DNA from: Octopus sinensis
Taxonomy: Eukaryota
DNA length: 64,000 nt
Assembly: GCF_006345805.1 (NCBI RefSeq)
Contig: NW_021833018.1
Location: 192,404-256,403 of the forward strand
Direction: 5' to 3'
In this document: piece after piece, positions 58,925 to 64,000 of the stretch
How the letters are laid out: each line of letters begins with the position of its first letter
How positions within the stretch are numbered: the stretch's first letter is position 1
Translations under genes and position numbers: made by a program
Notes under the pieces: model-generated
What the model was told of the DNA's origin: nothing
The model's database searches: none
The model's input: the letters and a program-made list of their open reading frames with translations, nothing else

Positions 58925-61900
58925 TGTTCTTGTGGTGTACGGATGGTTGGTTTTTCGCAGTCTGAAAAAGTCATTCCCATGGACGGATCCACAGAAATTT
59001 TAACAAATGGAACTCAAGAAAGTGTGGACCTGACAGTTCATGGTCATCCTGATGCCTCGGGCAATTGCAATTACGGACCCCCACAGACCCCTTCAACTTT
59101 GATTCCCATGAAAGCTATTTGTGAGTCAATCGAATCTTCCAACCCTGGAGAATGGATGTCATCTCTATTGATTTGTGTCAAAGACCGTCTTAAACGAGTC
59201 CCCAGAGGAGGTTGGCCGCTCATTGCTACATATTTTAATTCTAAATTTGGAAAAAAGAAATCAATATATGAATTAAAAAAACTCGCTTCTGTCTTCGGAA
59301 ATAGAAGCGAAATTTCCAAAAATGAAAATAAAACGAATAATAATTCCCCTGATTTGGCACTTTACAACAAGGTGCATGAGGAATTATTAATTCAAATTGA
59401 TGCAAATAATTCTAAAACAATCGATGCGAGGCAACAGACAAGGAAGATACCGTCTCAATATGTAAATCACGAGTTAATCGAAATAATAAATAAATCATTG
59501 ATCGAATATACAACAAACAACCTACCTACAAGTATTGAAGATATTTAAACTCTGATATATTCCGCGCAATGTGTGTATCAACAAATTACAATGAGAGATA
59601 CATTTAAAACGGATTGGAAGCAGAGAATCTAAAATAAAATTGAGTCTTTGACTGAAAAGGATATATTAATATCAAAATACTTTATGTCTACTATCAAAGA
59701 CGAAGAAAAGAAGAAAGTCATTGACATTTTATGTTCTTAAAATTACAAAAAATCCAAAAGGGGAGAATTTGAAAGAATCTCGACAACAATCACAGACCAG
59801 ATTCGAATTCTAAACAAAAAGGTGTCTATTGCAGATTCAAGGCGACAATACGGAATTGATAATCGGAAGTTTGAGTTGAATCGAAGGTCGTTCTACAGAT
59901 ACCTCCATTCTAACTCTGATAATGCTCTGATTGATTGTTTCGACACATCTGATTGTCTCAAATTTTGGATGGACGTCTGGAAGAAAAAGGACAAAAATGA
60001 GTTAAGTTTTGGAGTGAATAAGAGAGTTACTGGTGCTCAGCACCATGACTCCGACATCAATGACGAGTTCATTTAAACTTAATTGAATCTCTTCCTAACT
60101 GGAGAGCTCTGGGATGTGATTGTGTATACAATTTTTTCATCAAAAAATTGGATTCTCTTCACAAATTCCTATTTCAAGAAATCAGAAATATTATTAACGG
60201 AACTAGTCACCCGCAAAGTTGGTTTTATACTGGAATCACTTATCTGATCCCAAAGAAAGCAACCTCTATTGACCCCAAGGACCTCAGACCGATCACATGT
60301 ATGCCATGTTTGTACAAACTGGTTACAAAGTGTGTGAATGAAAAAATTGCAATATATGCCGACACTTACAACTTGATAACTGAGTACTAGCTTGGAACTA
60401 AACGACATTGTCAAGGAGCAAAAGAACTTGCACTTTTAAGCAGATGCGTCAACAGACCGCACGATAATAAATTATTTTGTGCATGGATCGACGTCAAGAA
60501 AGCATTTGACTCAGTTAGTCATGACTTTCTTGTTGAAATCCTCGAAAACTCTGGACTGCCTAATTGGATAGCTAGTTTTATTATGTCAATTATTCTAAAC
60601 TGGAAAGTCTCTTTGAGATTGGAAAAAAAACAGCTGGGAACTGTTAATATAGAACGTGGTATACTCCAAGGCGACTCTCTGTCGCCCCAATTATTTGTAC
60701 TTTTTTTGGATCCGTTAAGTAGATTTTTATCTTCAAAATATCCAAATATATCGATAAATTCTGGTGGCATTAATTCCTTGACCTTTTCTACAAATCACAT
60801 CCTATTCATTGACGACTTGAAGCTATTGTCCAAAGAAGAGAAAGACATTGGCGTGGATGATGGAAGATGTGAACTATTACTTTGAATCATCTGGACTGGA
60901 GAAGAATTTCGATAAATCAGCAACAAATAGTTACCTATTAAGAAATGATGGTAAATTGATGGATGGTCTGGACAGCTAGAGATATTTGGGAGTTTTAGAA
61001 AACAGATGTAGTGAAGTACTCAAAGAAGACGTACTCAAAAATATTTAAGAAGAAATGCAAAACCGTATTGAAAAGTTATCGGAAACTAAATTAAAACTCA
61101 GTCAATTTATTTAAAGCAATCAATGAACATGCTCTATCACTGTGCAATTACTATATTGGACTTATTGACTTAGAACCCTGTGAATTGAAGAAATTGATAA
61201 ATTAATCAGAAAAATACTTATGAATTTGAATGTGCACATGAAACCAGCTTGCAAAGAAAGACTTTACTTACCGAGGAATATGTTTGGAAGGGGATTGATA
61301 TCTATCATTTTCAAAGCTGAGAAAATGTTGCTTGATTTCAAAACAAGTCTGGAAAGGCGAAAACTTACTTCTCTGAGGAGTGCAGGAATTCTGTGGGCTG
61401 AACAACAAAGAAAGTCACATATGGCCACAATCACAGAATTCTTGCGAATAAAATATGAATCAACCCAGCACATTGAACAGACACTAAAGAGTCTGCAGAT
61501 TGAGTGTCTCTTAACAGCCATTAAAAAGAAAACTCTCCATTCAAAATTATTTGAATCACTTGATAATGAGACTTTCAATATACAGACATCTTCAAAATGA
61601 ATTGTAAAAGGAAATATTTCCCCTAAATCTGAAGCCATGTTCTTCCTTCTGCAGGACAGGAATATTTTCTTTCGCGAACTTGGTTCGAAATGCCCACATT
61701 GCAAATCTTCTAATAAGACAGTCGACCATTTGGCAACTCGATGCAATAAAATGATTAATTCCGCGTATACAAGGCGACATAATGAAATTGTTAAATGCAT
61801 ACAAATGCACGTATGCAGAAAATTTGGATTCAAAAAATCAAAAAGGTTAAAGACTCACTCTATCCAAAGCGTGATTACCAATGATCCTGCTGAATTACGA

Positions 61901-62480
61901 GTTGACACTACTATCCCTACCGAATCAAAAATTCAATATAATAAGCCGGACATTTTTCTATACGACAAAAATTAAACCACATATGGCTAATAGAGATTGG
62001 AGTGACATGTGTGGATAATTTAAAATGCAGTTGAAGTTGAAAAACTTCATAAATATGATATCCTGGCAAGTGAATTAGAAATCATTTTCAAAGCCAAAGT
62101 CAAAATACTTCCGATTGTCATTACCTGGGATGCGATCACCTCCAAGTATTTTAAAACATACATGGATTTGATTGGCATTAAAGACAGTGTTCTGGCGTTA
62201 AATTGCATTAAAGAAGACGTTGGAAGGAATGTTCGTAGAATATAAACATGGTTTCGAAGACGTAATGACTAAAGCATTGATTCTCAACAAAGATTATGCA
62301 GTGTAGAACACTCACCAAAGGGAAGCTAACTCGATGAAGAGGAGACATGATGAGGTGACAGGAAACGAATACTCTGAGGAAAAACAAAATAATTTTGAAT
62401 AATTTATTGATTTAGTTGGATTTATTAGATCAATGGTTAAAGAAATGTCCGAGAAATATTAGTACATTAGGTCATAATGA
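58925..62480 (+). mobile_element. Near full-length NeSL/R4-like RLE retrotransposon with stops and frameshifts
   Basis: N-terminal region, RT (LRPITC, DVKKAFDS, RGILQGDSLSP, LFIDDLKL), CPHC..TVDHLATRC, RRHNEIV, NKPDI, EVEKLHKYD. Confidence 0.92.
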
Positions 62481-62551
62481 ATGTTATAAACTAATTATTT
62501 CATCAGTTATCCTAAAGTTAATAATAGATCAAATTTTGTTAAATTGAAGAT

Positions 62552-63473
62552 TTACTGCTGAACGATAAGTGCCACTATTAGAATAATGAAAAATCTAATA
62601 AGACTAAATCCTTCAATATTTCGATTTAAAGTTATACTTGGCACAGAGTTGGAGTTTTCCTCAGTTACTTTAGTCGCTATTTCATTTGAATTTTTACTGT
62701 GGTGGGCTAATGATTTTTTCTAAAAATCTAACTTTTCTCCGTTGTTACTGTGTTTGTATTATTCTTCTCATCTAGAAAATAATAAAATGTATTTTATGAA
62801 ACCGGTGCAAAGTTTATTTTCACAAAATGGAGCAGAATCTGGACATTGTTTGCACGAGAGTCCTGCAATATAAGGCCGCACTCTTCCTTGATTTCCTCTA
62901 AATAAAACTCTTTACACTCAATAATAACATTGGTAAATAATTGCAAAATGTAAGATAAGCATTTTCTACCTTCCTCTTATTGATATCTAAATTACGACAC
63001 AATGTTGTGCTGCATCCTACTCGGTCAGTTTTTGCCCATGCAATCTATTAAATTAAAATAAATAAGACCTGAGTGTAATGAGTACAGATATAGGAACATT
63101 TATTTGTCTGATATGAATACTGTTGATGTTCCTCATAAAATGATTTTATCGCATCTTGGGGATTTTCTTTGTCTTGGAATGTTACAAAATGATACATGTT
63201 GTGTAATAAATATTTTCTCCTCCATTGACGTGCTTAAACAGACATTTCTGACTTGATTCTGTAGCCATGGCTTCGAGCTTCTCATCCCATTTCTTTGAAT
63301 TGTGTTTATGGCATATTACCATTTTTAGCATATTAGAGGCAGGAGGGCTCACGATTGATCGATATTTGTTGTGTGCATCCAAAAACTTTTTTCGATCCTC
63401 GGACGAAGTAAGAAGCTAAAGCTAGAATTAAACTTGTTACAATATTGTGGAATAAAATTATAAAGACGAACAT
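62552..63473 (-). CDS. CAP/SCP gene, copy 2 (inverted duplicate of 39352-40273)
   Basis: Position x maps to 102825-x; the copy appears identical by eye. Confidence 0.88.
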
Positions 63474-63649
63474 TTATTGAATTAAAAAAAAATAATTTTT
63501 ATATCCAAAAATGACGTCAAAATAACTGTTCCATGTACTCAAAAGTTTAATTACTGACGTCTGTTTTTATGATAAATTTTTTTTATGAGTAGATTATTTA
63601 TAAAAACAGAAAAAGTAAGTAACTTAAAGAATAGTCGGGACCCTGAAGG

Positions 63650-64000
63650 TCAGCTCAGCGACGCCGCACTGTGTATTGAACGGCAGTTTCCGGGGAGCAC
63701 GGCGACCGAGATTCGCTGAAAGAGCCAGCTCATTTCTCCTCAAAACTGCCGGATTCCCATCACATTTGGAACCTGTCGGCCTGATTCAGAAGGATGGTAA
63801 ACGTCCAGATGGCCTAACAATTTTCCCCTTTGAAAATGAAAAGTCTCTCATCTGGGACGCAACTTGTACGGACACTTCCTCCGGAAACATCTTACGTCAG
63901 CTGCAGAGCCGGGGTCCGCAGCTAATCTGGCAGAAACGCTAAAAGTCAACAAATACAGTGCATTATCGCACCGTTATATCTTTTCCCCAATCGCAGTGGA
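63650..64000 (+). mobile_element. Inverted duplicate of the back-to-back CRE fragments at 38825-39175 (runs off the window)
   Basis: Reverse complement of 38825-39175. Confidence 0.85.

Larger units (their letters stand above)
59575..64000 (-). repeat. Right arm of a large inverted segmental duplication (left arm ~38825-42300)
   Basis: NeSL 3' part, CAP gene and CRE pieces in mirror order; ~17-kb spacer. Confidence 0.88.

Noticed and set aside
59540-61060. TAA/TAG reassignment to Gln, suggested by in-frame stops in the NeSL ORF
   Set aside because: The paralogous copy has sense codons at equivalent sites (aaa vs taa, tac vs tag), and host genes end in TAA/TGA with no internal stops.
1-64000. 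Fanzor/TnpB, Penelope/hammerhead, tRNA or rRNA genes
   Set aside because: No RuvC/zinc-finger TnpB motifs, GIY-YIG, complete hammerhead core, T-loop cloverleaf or rRNA signature was recognised by eye. Infernal, tRNAscan and HMM searches would be needed to exclude divergent cases.

Overview
Eukaryotic, very AT-rich animal DNA. Host genes have tiny GT-AG introns (mostly about 19-31 nt), and a large part of the window is nested transposon debris. An AhR-type bHLH-PAS gene and a CRISP/PI16-type CAP gene indicate a metazoan; the intron size suggests a highly reduced parasite such as a dicyemid (inference only). Host genes recognised by manual splicing: HINT (2 copies), CHTF18, DRG1, an AhR/spineless-like gene, AAR2, a divergent 7TM receptor, a CAP/SCP gene (2 inverted copies), plus a few unassigned genes. 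Mobile DNA: many CRE-clade and NeSL/R4-like retrotransposon pieces, a LINE family whose ORF ends in 'GIT*', hAT, Tc1, pogo/Tigger, three non-autonomous Helitrons carrying a ~93-bp satellite, and a family of integrase-type (Ginger/Tdd-like) DNA elements with TGT...ACA ends and 5-bp TSDs. The most unusual observation: two unrelated members of this TGT...ACA family each carry an internal degenerate (TTAGGG)n tract, and each sits directly against another TGT...ACA element end, separated only by the 5-bp TSD. Two host genes are duplicated together with an upstream retrotransposon (CRE+HINT, direct; NeSL+CAP, inverted). Frequent 1-nt indels suggest long-read consensus errors, so frameshifts and duplications need read-level checks. 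No tRNA, rRNA or CRISPR array was found. All family assignments come from motif recognition by eye, not database searches.
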